DNA of 32,919 nt, taken from IMG/VR virus record IMGVR_UViG_2778261314_000004. One strand, written 5' to 3'. This DNA is from a virus. Its lineage: Duplodnaviria; Heunggongvirae; Uroviricota; Caudoviricetes. The translations under genes and the position numbers were made by a program. Below are positions 25,064 through 32,919 of this stretch, in pieces. Positions within the stretch are counted from its first letter, which is position 1. Every line of letters begins with the position of its first letter. The notes beneath the pieces were generated by a model. It had not been told where the DNA came from, made no database searches, and worked only from the letters and a program-made list of their open reading frames with translations.

Positions 25064-25621
25064 ATGCTTATTGGCTATGTACGCGTGTCAACAAATGACC
25101 AGAACACCGATTTGCAACGTAATGCACTGAACTGCGCGGGATGTGAGCGGATTTTTGAGGATAAAATCAGTGGCACTAAGTCCGACAGACCGGGGCTGAA
25201 AAAACTGCTCAGGACACTATCGGCAGGAGACACGCTGGTCGTCTGGAAGCTGGACAGGTTGGGGCGCAGTATGCGGCATCTTGTTACGCTGATAGAAGAG
25301 TTGCGCCAGCGTGGCGTGAATTTCCGAAGCCTGACTGACAGTATTGATACCAGTACCCCAATGGGCCGTTTCTTTTTTCATGTCATGGGTGCCCTGGCTG
25401 AAATGGAACGCGAACTGATAGTTGAACGCACTATGGCAGGGCTGGCTGCAGCTCGTGCCAAAGGCAGAGTAGGTGGACGCCGTCCTAAGTTGACCACCGA
25501 ACAGTGGGCACAGATTGGACGTTTACTCGAGGCCGGAGAATCAAGACAGCGTATTGCACTGATTTTTGACGTGGGCGTTGCTACCATTTATAGAAAATTT
25601 CCGGCGAATAAGAGCAATTAA
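25064..25621 (+). CDS. Serine DNA invertase (Hin/Gin/Cin/Pin family), ~185 aa
   Basis: MLIGYVRVSTNDQNTDLQRNAL... with catalytic Ser in YVRVSTNDQ and a C-terminal HTH. AGGGGA Shine-Dalgarno. Adjacent to the invertible segment. Confidence 0.9.
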   Translation: MLIGYVRVSTNDQNTDLQRNALNCAGCERIFEDKISGTKSDRPGLKKLLRTLSAGDTLVVWKLDRLGRSMRHLVTLIEELRQRGVNFRSLTDSIDTSTPMGRFFFHVMGALAEMERELIVERTMAGLAAARAKGRVGGRRPKLTTEQWAQIGRLLEAGESRQRIALIFDVGVATIYRKFPANKSN

Positions 25622-25678
25622 TCGCCCTGAATCAGCATTCTTTTGATTTTTCCTGTAAGCGGACAAATACCGTCATTT

Positions 25679-25696
25679 TGTGTGAATAACGGCACA
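25679..25696 (+). promoter_or_regulatory. Ogr-type late-promoter activator site TGT-N12-ACA upstream of FI (pF)
   Basis: tgtgtgaataacggcaca, about 85 bp upstream of the FI start codon. Confidence 0.55.
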
Positions 25697-25772
25697 ACTG
25701 CGATTAGCTGTTTGTCAGGCACAATCACTTCAACATAGGGCGAAGCCTAATCCAATCAGGAGGTTTGCCACT

Positions 25773-26945
25773 ATGGCTCAGGATTACCACCACGGGGTGC
25801 GCGTTGTTGAAGTCAACGAAGGCACCCGATCCATTACCACGGTGAGCACCGCCATCGTGGGTATGGTCTGCACGGGCGATGATGCCGATGCAAAAATGTT
25901 CCCTCTTAATAAACCCGTGCTGATCACTGATGTGCTGACTGCCAGCGGTAAAGCGGGTGAGTCCGGTACTCTGGCCCGTTCGCTGGATGCCATCGCTGAC
26001 CAGGCAAAACCCGTGACTGTTGTTGTGCGTGTGCCGCAGGGTGAAACGGAAGACGAAACCACGACCAATATCATCGGCGCAGTGACCGCTGAAGGTAAAA
26101 AAACTGGCATGAAAGCCCTGTTATCTGCCCAGTCACAGCTCGGCGTTAAACCACGCATTCTGGGTGTACCTGGTCACGACACCAAGGCGGTAGCTACTGA
26201 GTTGCTGAGCGTAGCGCAAAGCCTGCGTGGGTTTGCTTACCTGTCAGCGTATGGCTGCAAGACAGTGCAGGAGGCGATCACTTACCGCGAAAACTTCAGC
26301 CAGCGCGAAGGGATGCTGATCTGGCCTGACTTTACTGGCTGGGACACGGTGCTGAATGCCGAAGCAACGGCATATGCCACCGCCCGTGCGCTTGGTCTGC
26401 GCGCCAAAATTGACGAGCAGACCGGATGGCACAAAAGCCTGTCCAACGTGGGCGTGAACGGTGTCACCGGAATTTCTGCAGATGTGTTCTGGGATCTGCA
26501 GGACCCGGCAACCGATGCAGGTCTGCTGAACCAGAACGACGTCACCACGCTTGTGCGTAAAGACGGTTTCCGCTTCTGGGGTTCCCGCTGCCTGAGTGAT
26601 GACCCGCTCTTTGCCTTCGAAAACTACACCCGCACGGCGCAGGTGCTGATGGACACGATGGCAGAAGCACACATGTGGGCGGTGGATAAACCGCTTAACC
26701 CGTCGCTGGCCCGCGACATTATCGAAGGTATCCGCGCCAAAATGCGCAGCCTGGTCAGTCAGGGCTATCTCATTGGTGGTGATTGCTGGCTGGATGAGTC
26801 GGTGAACGACAAAGACACGCTGAAAGCCGGAAAACTCACCATCGACTACGACTACACGCCAGTGCCGCCACTTGAAAACCTGATGCTGCGTCAGCGCATC
26901 ACCGATCAGTACCTGGTGAATTTCGCCAGCCAGGTCAGCGCGTAA
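25773..26945 (+). CDS. FI: Tail sheath protein (P2 gpFI family), 390 aa
   Basis: Size close to P2 FI (396 aa). Position at the start of the FI-FII-E-T-U-D operon. Confidence 0.9.
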   Translation: MAQDYHHGVRVVEVNEGTRSITTVSTAIVGMVCTGDDADAKMFPLNKPVLITDVLTASGKAGESGTLARSLDAIADQAKPVTVVVRVPQGETEDETTTNIIGAVTAEGKKTGMKALLSAQSQLGVKPRILGVPGHDTKAVATELLSVAQSLRGFAYLSAYGCKTVQEAITYRENFSQREGMLIWPDFTGWDTVLNAEATAYATARALGLRAKIDEQTGWHKSLSNVGVNGVTGISADVFWDLQDPATDAGLLNQNDVTTLVRKDGFRFWGSRCLSDDPLFAFENYTRTAQVLMDTMAEAHMWAVDKPLNPSLARDIIEGIRAKMRSLVSQGYLIGGDCWLDESVNDKDTLKAGKLTIDYDYTPVPPLENLMLRQRITDQYLVNFASQVSA

Positions 26946-26954
26946 GGGGACAAC

Positions 26955-27470
26955 ATGGCTTTACCACGCAAATTAAAACACATGAACCTGTTTAACGACG
27001 GGAACAACTGGCAGGGGATCGTTGAGTCGCTGACGCTGCCGAAATTTACCCGCAAATATGAGAAGTATCGCGGCGGCGGAATGCCGGGTGCGGTGGATGT
27101 GGATCTGGGGCTTGATGACAGTGCGCTGGACACAGAATTTTCCATTGGTGGTACTGAATTGCTGCTGTTTAAACAGATGGGTAAAGCCACGGTGGATGGC
27201 ATCCAGCTGCGCTTTACCGGCTCTATTCAGCGTGACGATACCGGGGAAGTGCAGGCCGTGGAGCTTGTCGTGCGTGGACGTCACAAAGAAGTGGATTCCG
27301 GCGAGTGGAAGACGGGCGAAAGCAACACCACCAAAGTGACCAGTACCAACAGCTACGCGAAGCTGACCATCAATGGTGAGGTGCTCTATGAAGTGGACCT
27401 TATCAACATGGTGGAAATTGTGGACGGTGTGGACCTGATGGAAGCGCACCGCAACGCCCTCGGCCTCTGA
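26955..27470 (+). CDS. FII: Tail tube protein (P2 gpFII family), 171 aa
   Basis: Size matches P2 FII (172 aa). Follows the sheath gene. Confidence 0.9.
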   Translation: MALPRKLKHMNLFNDGNNWQGIVESLTLPKFTRKYEKYRGGGMPGAVDVDLGLDDSALDTEFSIGGTELLLFKQMGKATVDGIQLRFTGSIQRDDTGEVQAVELVVRGRHKEVDSGEWKTGESNTTKVTSTNSYAKLTINGEVLYEVDLINMVEIVDGVDLMEAHRNALGL

Positions 27471-27481
27471 TATATCTGAAC

Positions 27482-27499
27482 GGCGCGGGATACCGCGCC
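27482..27499 (+). promoter_or_regulatory. GC-rich hairpin between the tube and tail-chaperone genes (possible attenuator / RNA stability element)
   Basis: ggcgcgg-gata-ccgcgcc, a 7-bp GC stem with no trailing U-tract. Confidence 0.3.
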
Positions 27500-27524
27500 A
27501 GAACCCAATTGACAGGACAGCAAA

Positions 27525-27827
27525 ATGAGCGATAAGCAGACTGAAAAGACCATTCAACTGGATACCCCTATCAAGCGCGGTAAAACAGAAATCACCGAAA
27601 TTGTGCTGCGTAAACCGCAGTCCGGTGCGCTGCGCGGTACACGCCTGCAGGCCATTATGGATATGGATGTAAACGCGATGATGACCGTGATCCCCCGCAT
27701 CTCCAGTCCGGCACTGACTGCACAGGAAATTGCAGAGATGGACCCGGCAGATCTCACTGCCATGTCGGTTGAGGTTGTCACTTTTTTGTTGAAGAAGTCG
27801 GTGCTTGCCGGTTTACCGACAGCCTGA
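27525..27827 (+). CDS. E: Tail assembly chaperone (P2 gpE family), 100 aa
   Basis: Small ORF between the tube and tape-measure genes, containing a slippery heptamer near its 3' end. Confidence 0.8.
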   Translation: MSDKQTEKTIQLDTPIKRGKTEITEIVLRKPQSGALRGTRLQAIMDMDVNAMMTVIPRISSPALTAQEIAEMDPADLTAMSVEVVTFLLKKSVLAGLPTA

Positions 27828-27961
27828 CGGTTGACGATCTGGTGGCAGATATCGCCACCATTTTTCACTGGCCGCCATCCGTTACTGACGTTATGCCGCT
27901 GACCGAAGTGCTGGAATGGCGGTATAAAGCGATTCAGAGAAGCGGGGCCAACGATGAGTGA
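27525..27961 (+). CDS. E': E+E' frameshift-extended tail chaperone (-1 frameshift at 27782-27788)
   Basis: After the -1 slip the frame reads VEEVGACRFTDSLTVDDLVADIATIFHWPPSVTDVMPLTEVLEWRYKAIQRSGANDE and stops at 27959-27961, overlapping the T start, as in P2 E/E'. Confidence 0.6.
27782..27788 (+). promoter_or_regulatory. Programmed -1 ribosomal frameshift slippery site T_TTT_TTG
   Basis: Heptamer ttttttg in X_XXY_YYZ register relative to the E frame (codons acT TTT TTG). The -1 frame is open for 57 further codons up to the T start. Confidence 0.6.
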
Positions 27962-30900
27962 TAACAACCTGCGTCTGCAGGTCATTCTTAATGCGGTTGA
28001 CAAGCTCACCCGCCCATTTCGATCTGCGCAGGCCAGTTCAAGAGAACTGGCTGCTGCTGTCAAAAAATCCCGCGATGCAATAAAGCAGCTTGATCAGGCC
28101 GGGAGCAGTCTGGACAGCTTCCGAAAGCTGCAGGCAGAAAATCAGAAATTAGGCGACAGGCTGAACTATGCCCGCCAGCGTGCAAATTTGCTCAGTCAGG
28201 AACTGGGAGCGATGGGGCCGCCTTCGCAACGTCAGGTTGTTGCTCTGGGCCGTCAACGGCTGGCTGTTCAGCGCCTGGAAGAACGCCAGAAAAAGCTGCA
28301 GCAGCAGACGGCGCTTGTGCGTGCTGAACTGTACCGGGCGGGAATTTCTGCGAAAGACGATGCGGGAGCAACTGCCCGTTTAGCCCGTGAAACATCACGT
28401 TATAACCAGGAACTTTCGAAACAGGAGGCGCGGCTGAAGCGACTGGGGGAAGCTCAGCGCAGGATGAATGCAGCGCGTGCCAGTTATGCCCGTTCGCTGG
28501 AGGTGCGTGATCGTATTGCAGGTGCCGGAGCCACCACCACGGCTGCAGGGCTGGCAATGGGTGCGCCAGTGATGGCGGCAGTAAAAAGCTATACCAGCAT
28601 GGAAGATGCCATGAAAGGTGTGGCAAAGCAGGTCAATGGTCTGCGTGACGATAATGGCAACCGCACTGCACGTTTTTATGAAATGCAGGATGCCATCAAG
28701 GCTGCCAGCGAACAGTTGCCGATGGAAAACGGTGCGGTGGACTTCGCTGCACTGGTTGAAGGTGGTGCGCGCATGAACGTCGCAAACCCTGACGACAGCT
28801 GGGAAGATCAGAAACGTGACCTGCTGGCCTTCGCCAGTACGGCAGCAAAGGCGGCAACAGCCTTTGAGCTGCCAGCGGATGAACTGTCAGAAAGTCTGGG
28901 GAAAATCGCCCAGCTCTACAAAATCCCCACCCGCAATATTGAACAGCTCGGTGATGCGCTGAACTATCTGGATGATAACGCCATGTCGAAAGGGGCAGAC
29001 ATCATTGATGTGATGCAACGTCTGGGCGGTGTGGCTGACCGTCTGGATTATCGTAAAGCGGCGGCGCTGGGTTCCACCTTCCTGACACTGGGCGCTGCGC
29101 CAGAGGTTGCAGCCAGTGCAGCAAACGCGATGGTGCGTGAATTGTCCATTGCCACCATGCAAAGCAAGAGTTTCTTTGAAGGGATGAATCTGCTGAAACT
29201 CAATCCTGAAGTGATTGAAAAGCAGATGACGAAGGATGCGATGGGAACCATCCAGCGCGTGCTGGAGAAGGTAAACGCGCTGCCGCAGGACAAGCGCCTG
29301 TCTGCCATGACTATGTTGTTTGGTAAAGAGTTTGGCGATGACGCGGCGAAACTGGCAAACAACCTGCCGGAACTGCAGCGTCAGTTAAAACTGACAGCGG
29401 GCAATGATGCGCTTGGCTCCATGCAGAAAGAATCCGACATTAACAAGGATTCACTTTCTGCGCAGTGGTTGCTGGTCAAAACCGGAGCGCAGAACACCTT
29501 CAGCAGCCTGGGCGAAACGCTGCGCCAGCCGCTGATGGATATTCTGTACACGGTGAAAAGCGTCACGGGGGCGTTGCGTCGCTGGGTGGAAGCTAACCCG
29601 GAACTGACAGGCACACTGATGAAAGCATCGGCTGTTGTGGCTGCGGTTACCGTCGGCCTCGGCACCTTAGCGGTGGCGCTAGCTGCAGTGCTGGGGCCGC
29701 TGGCAGTGATCCGTCTGGGATTCTCTGTGTTGGGTATCAAAACGTTATCTTCCGTTACGGCAGCAGTAACTCGAACCAGCAGCGCGTTGTCCTGGCTGGC
29801 TGGCGCACCACTGGCACTGCTGCGACGCGGGCTTGCTTCATCGGGCAACGCCGCAGGTTTACTTACTGCGCCGTTGTCGTCTTTGCGCCGCACGGCATCA
29901 CTGACGGGAAATGTCCTGAAAACTGTAGCAGGTGCGCCGGTTGCACTTTTGCGGTCTGGATTATCCGGTTTACGTGCTGTTGCTGTGATGTTTATGAATC
30001 CTCTGGCGGTACTGCGCGGTGGACTGGCCGCCGCAGGCACGGTGCTGCGAGTACTGGCATCTGGTCCACTGGCGATGCTGCGCGTTGCCCTGTATGCCAT
30101 ATCTGGTCTGTTAGGTGCTCTGCTCAGTCCGATAGGTCTTGTGGTTACTGCACTGGCGGGCGTGGCGCTGGTTGTCTGGAAATACTGGCAACCCATCACC
30201 GCATTTCTCGGTGGCGTGGTGGAAGGATTCAAAGCGGCGGCAGGTCCCATCAGTGCAGCGTTCGAACAGCTTAAGCCCGTGTTCCAGTGGATTGGCGACA
30301 AAGTGCAGGCGCTGTGGGGCTGGTTTACTGATCTGCTGACGCCCGTTAAGTCGACCTCTGCCGAACTGCAGAGCGCAGCGGCAATGGGGCGGCGATTCGG
30401 GGAGGCACTGGCGGAAGGGCTGAATATGGTCATGCATCCGCTGGACTCCCTGAAATCCGGAGTTTCCTGGTTGCTGGAGAAGCTCGGCATTGTCAGTAAA
30501 GAGGCCGCAAAGGCAAAACTGCCGGAAATCGTGACGCGTCAGCAACCTGCGACGGTGAATGCAGACGGTAAAGTGATGATGCCATCGGGTGGTTTTCCAT
30601 CATGGGGATATGGCTTTGCGGGGATGTATGACAGCGGCGGGTATATCCCGCGCGGGCAGTTTGGCATCGTCGGTGAAAACGGGCCGGAAATTGTTAACGG
30701 CCCGGCAAATGTGACCAGCCGGAGAAATACAGCTGCACTGGCTGCCGTTGTTGCCGGAATGATGGGCGTTGCTGCCGCGCCAGCAGAGCTTCCACCGTTG
30801 CACCCCTTGGCACTTCCCGCGAAAGGAGGAGAAGCAATTGTGAGTCGCGCAGCCACTGTGCCGCTCGTTCAACGGATTGAGGCACCGACGCAGATCATCA

Positions 30901-31031
30901 TTCAGACGCAGCCAGGACAAAGTGCGCAGGATATTGCGCGGGAGGTGGCACGCCAGCTTGATGAACGTGAACGCAGGCTGAAGGCAAAAGCCAGGAGTAA
31001 CTACAGCGATCAGGGGGGATACGACGCATGA
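27954..31031 (+). CDS. T: Tail tape measure protein (P2 gpT family), 1025 aa
   Basis: Largest late gene, after E/E'. Coiled-coil N-terminal half and Ala/Leu/Gly-rich periodic repeats in the middle. Confidence 0.9.
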   Translation: MSDNNLRLQVILNAVDKLTRPFRSAQASSRELAAAVKKSRDAIKQLDQAGSSLDSFRKLQAENQKLGDRLNYARQRANLLSQELGAMGPPSQRQVVALGRQRLAVQRLEERQKKLQQQTALVRAELYRAGISAKDDAGATARLARETSRYNQELSKQEARLKRLGEAQRRMNAARASYARSLEVRDRIAGAGATTTAAGLAMGAPVMAAVKSYTSMEDAMKGVAKQVNGLRDDNGNRTARFYEMQDAIKAASEQLPMENGAVDFAALVEGGARMNVANPDDSWEDQKRDLLAFASTAAKAATAFELPADELSESLGKIAQLYKIPTRNIEQLGDALNYLDDNAMSKGADIIDVMQRLGGVADRLDYRKAAALGSTFLTLGAAPEVAASAANAMVRELSIATMQSKSFFEGMNLLKLNPEVIEKQMTKDAMGTIQRVLEKVNALPQDKRLSAMTMLFGKEFGDDAAKLANNLPELQRQLKLTAGNDALGSMQKESDINKDSLSAQWLLVKTGAQNTFSSLGETLRQPLMDILYTVKSVTGALRRWVEANPELTGTLMKASAVVAAVTVGLGTLAVALAAVLGPLAVIRLGFSVLGIKTLSSVTAAVTRTSSALSWLAGAPLALLRRGLASSGNAAGLLTAPLSSLRRTASLTGNVLKTVAGAPVALLRSGLSGLRAVAVMFMNPLAVLRGGLAAAGTVLRVLASGPLAMLRVALYAISGLLGALLSPIGLVVTALAGVALVVWKYWQPITAFLGGVVEGFKAAAGPISAAFEQLKPVFQWIGDKVQALWGWFTDLLTPVKSTSAELQSAAAMGRRFGEALAEGLNMVMHPLDSLKSGVSWLLEKLGIVSKEAAKAKLPEIVTRQQPATVNADGKVMMPSGGFPSWGYGFAGMYDSGGYIPRGQFGIVGENGPEIVNGPANVTSRRNTAALAAVVAGMMGVAAAPAELPPLHPLALPAKGGEAIVSRAATVPLVQRIEAPTQIIIQTQPGQSAQDIAREVARQLDERERRLKAKARSNYSDQGGYDA

Positions 31032-31513
31032 TGATGGTGCTGGGATTGTACGTGTTTATGCTGCGCACCGTTCCGTATCAGGAACTGCAGTATCAACGCA
31101 GCTGGCGACATGCGGCAAACAGTCGGGTAAACCGACGTCCGTCCACGCAGTTTCTGGGACCGGAAAACGACATGCTGACGCTTTCCGGTGTTCTTATGCC
31201 GGAGATAACAGGCGGCAGGCTGTCGTTGCTGGCACTGGAGCAGATGGCAGAACAGGGGAAAGCATGGCCCCTGATTGAAGGCAGTGGCACGATTTACGGT
31301 ATGTATGTGATTGAGGGACTGAATCAGACTAAAACGGAGTTTTTCCGCGATGGTATGCCGCGCCGGATTGAGTTTACCCTGTCGCTCAAACGGGTGGATG
31401 AATCCCTGTCCGATATGTTCGGTGATCTCAGTGCGCAGCTGAATAATTTGCAGGATACGGCAACGTCTGCCTTAAGCGATATCAGTAAAACGGTGGGAGG
31501 GCTGCTGTCGTGA
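31028..31513 (+). CDS. U: Tail protein (P2 gpU family), 161 aa
   Basis: Size close to P2 U (159 aa). Overlaps the T end by 4 nt. Confidence 0.85.
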   Translation: MMMVLGLYVFMLRTVPYQELQYQRSWRHAANSRVNRRPSTQFLGPENDMLTLSGVLMPEITGGRLSLLALEQMAEQGKAWPLIEGSGTIYGMYVIEGLNQTKTEFFRDGMPRRIEFTLSLKRVDESLSDMFGDLSAQLNNLQDTATSALSDISKTVGGLLS

Positions 31514-32610
31514 ATTTCAGCTCTGAACTGCTTAACAAAGGCAACAAAACTCCGGCATTCAGCATCAGTATTGAAGGCAGGGATATCACTACTGTGCTGG
31601 ACAACCGCCTGATGGGGCTTACGCTGACGGATAACCGGGGCTTTGAAGCGGACCAGCTTGATCTGGAGCTGGACGACGCCGATGGAAAAATCGTGCTGCC
31701 GCGCCGTGGTGCGGTCATTACGCTGGCGCTGGGCTGGAAGGGGCAGCCGCTTTTCCCGAAAGGGGCATTCACGGTGGACGAGATTGAACACACTGGCGCA
31801 CCGGACCGCCTGACTATCCGGGCGCGAAGTGCTGATTTTCGTGAAACACTGAATACCCGCCGTGAAAAGTCGTGGCACAAGACCACCGTTGGGGAAGTGG
31901 TGAAGGAAATAGCTGCGCGGCACAAACTGAAGATGGCATTGGGTAAAGACCTGTCAGATAAACCCGTGGAACATATAGATCAGACCAATGAGAGTGACGG
32001 CAGTTTTCTGATGCGGCTGGCGCGCCAGTACGGTGCTATTGCGTCGGTGAAAAATGGCAATCTGTTATTCATCCGACAGGGGCAGGGTAAAAGCGCCAGT
32101 GGTAAACCACTACCGGTTATCACTATCACACGTAAGGACGGCGACAGTCACCGCTTTACCCTGGCAGATCGCGGAGCTTACACGGGCGTAATTGCCAGCT
32201 GGTTGCATACCCGCGAACCCGCGAAGAAAGAAAGCACCGCGGTGAAGCGTAAGCGCAGGACTAAGAAGCAGAAGAAAGAGCCGGAAACGAAGCAGGGCGA
32301 TTATCTGGTGGGTACGGATGAAAACGTGCTGGTACTTAATCGCACCTATGCTAATCGGAGTAACGCCGAACGGGCAGCGAAAATGCAGTGGGAACGCCTG
32401 CAACGCGGTGTTGCGTCATTCTCGCTACAACTGGCGGAAGGGCGGGCAGATCTCTACACGGAAATGCCAGTGAAAGTCAGTGGCTTTAAACAGCCGATAG
32501 ATGATGCGGAATGGACCATTACGACTCTGACGCATACCGTCAGCCCCGATAACGGTTTTACAACCAGTCTGGAGCTTGAAGTGAGGATTGATGATTTCGA
32601 AATGGAATGA
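31510..32610 (+). CDS. D: Tail protein / late control gene D (P2 gpD family), 366 aa
   Basis: Position after U and before ogr. Size near P2 D. Confidence 0.85.
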   Translation: MNFSSELLNKGNKTPAFSISIEGRDITTVLDNRLMGLTLTDNRGFEADQLDLELDDADGKIVLPRRGAVITLALGWKGQPLFPKGAFTVDEIEHTGAPDRLTIRARSADFRETLNTRREKSWHKTTVGEVVKEIAARHKLKMALGKDLSDKPVEHIDQTNESDGSFLMRLARQYGAIASVKNGNLLFIRQGQGKSASGKPLPVITITRKDGDSHRFTLADRGAYTGVIASWLHTREPAKKESTAVKRKRRTKKQKKEPETKQGDYLVGTDENVLVLNRTYANRSNAERAAKMQWERLQRGVASFSLQLAEGRADLYTEMPVKVSGFKQPIDDAEWTITTLTHTVSPDNGFTTSLELEVRIDDFEME

Positions 32611-32700
32611 TTCTTCGCAATGGAGAACTTTTAAGTTTGCAAAATGGAATAATGCGGTATCATTATTGTGAATTTAGCAAAAATGGGGAGAACTCGAAAA

Positions 32701-32919
32701 ATGATGATTTGCCCACTGTGTGGAAGTGCCGCCCATACTCGCAGCAGTTTTCAGGTATCTTCATTGACCAAAGAGCGTTACAACCAGTGCCAGAACATTA
32801 ACTGCAGCCATACTTTTGTTACCCATGAAACTTTTGTTCGTTCGATTGCAACGCCAAAAGAGTCAAATCCGGTTCAGCCACATCCAATGAAATCAGGACA
32901 GGTGGCGCTCTCTCTTTGA
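32701..32919 (+). CDS. ogr: Late-gene transcriptional activator Ogr (C4 zinc-finger, Ogr/Delta family), 72 aa
   Basis: MMICPLCGSAAHTRSSFQVSSLTKERYNQCQNINCSHTF... matches my recollection of P2 Ogr (CPLC...CQNxNC zinc finger, 72 aa). Its stop codon is the last triplet of the window. Confidence 0.85.
   Translation: MMICPLCGSAAHTRSSFQVSSLTKERYNQCQNINCSHTFVTHETFVRSIATPKESNPVQPHPMKSGQVALSL

Noticed and set aside
26973-27557. 194-aa minus-strand ORF opposite the tail tube gene
   Set aside because: Antisense to FII; no start context; the sense gene is strongly supported.
29381-30490. 369-aa minus-strand ORF inside the tape measure gene
   Set aside because: Antisense to the repeat-rich part of T; low-complexity Ala/Ser/Pro/Arg translation; classic spurious ORF opposite a tape measure gene.
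1-32919. CRISPR array, tRNA or rRNA genes, attachment-site core
   Set aside because: No regularly spaced direct repeats and no tRNA-like or rRNA-like regions were seen; the prophage ends coincide with the window ends, so att sites and any tRNA integration target must lie outside.

Overview
The window is essentially one complete P2/186-family (Fels-2-like) temperate myovirus prophage, running from the integrase stop codon at position 1 to the ogr stop codon at 32919, so both att sites lie outside the window. Gene order is int / cargo cassette / cI (minus strand), then apl-cII-early genes-dam-repA, an SOS-controlled DinI-like module, a cos-like site, a membrane-protein cargo gene, Q-P (minus), then the late genes O-N-M-L-X, lysis cassette, R-S-V-W-J-I-H, an invertible tail-fibre segment with a Hin/Gin-family invertase, FI-FII-E/E'-T-U-D and ogr. 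The most interesting item is an AT-rich, translationally coupled three-gene cassette (1132-3336) inserted between cI and int: a protein with an R-N-x3-H HEPN-type motif and C-terminal zinc ribbon, a GNAT-like/ASCH-like fusion, and a standalone ASCH protein. I do not recognise this as a described defence system; it is the prime candidate for an undescribed lysogen-expressed anti-phage or toxin module. Other notable points: the cI repressor has a tandemly duplicated N-terminal HTH domain; a perfect LexA box precedes a small ORF plus dinI-like gene; three Ogr-type TGT-N12-ACA late-promoter motifs; and an E/E' -1 frameshift site. All product calls rest on reading the translations and on recalled family features; no database search or computation was run.
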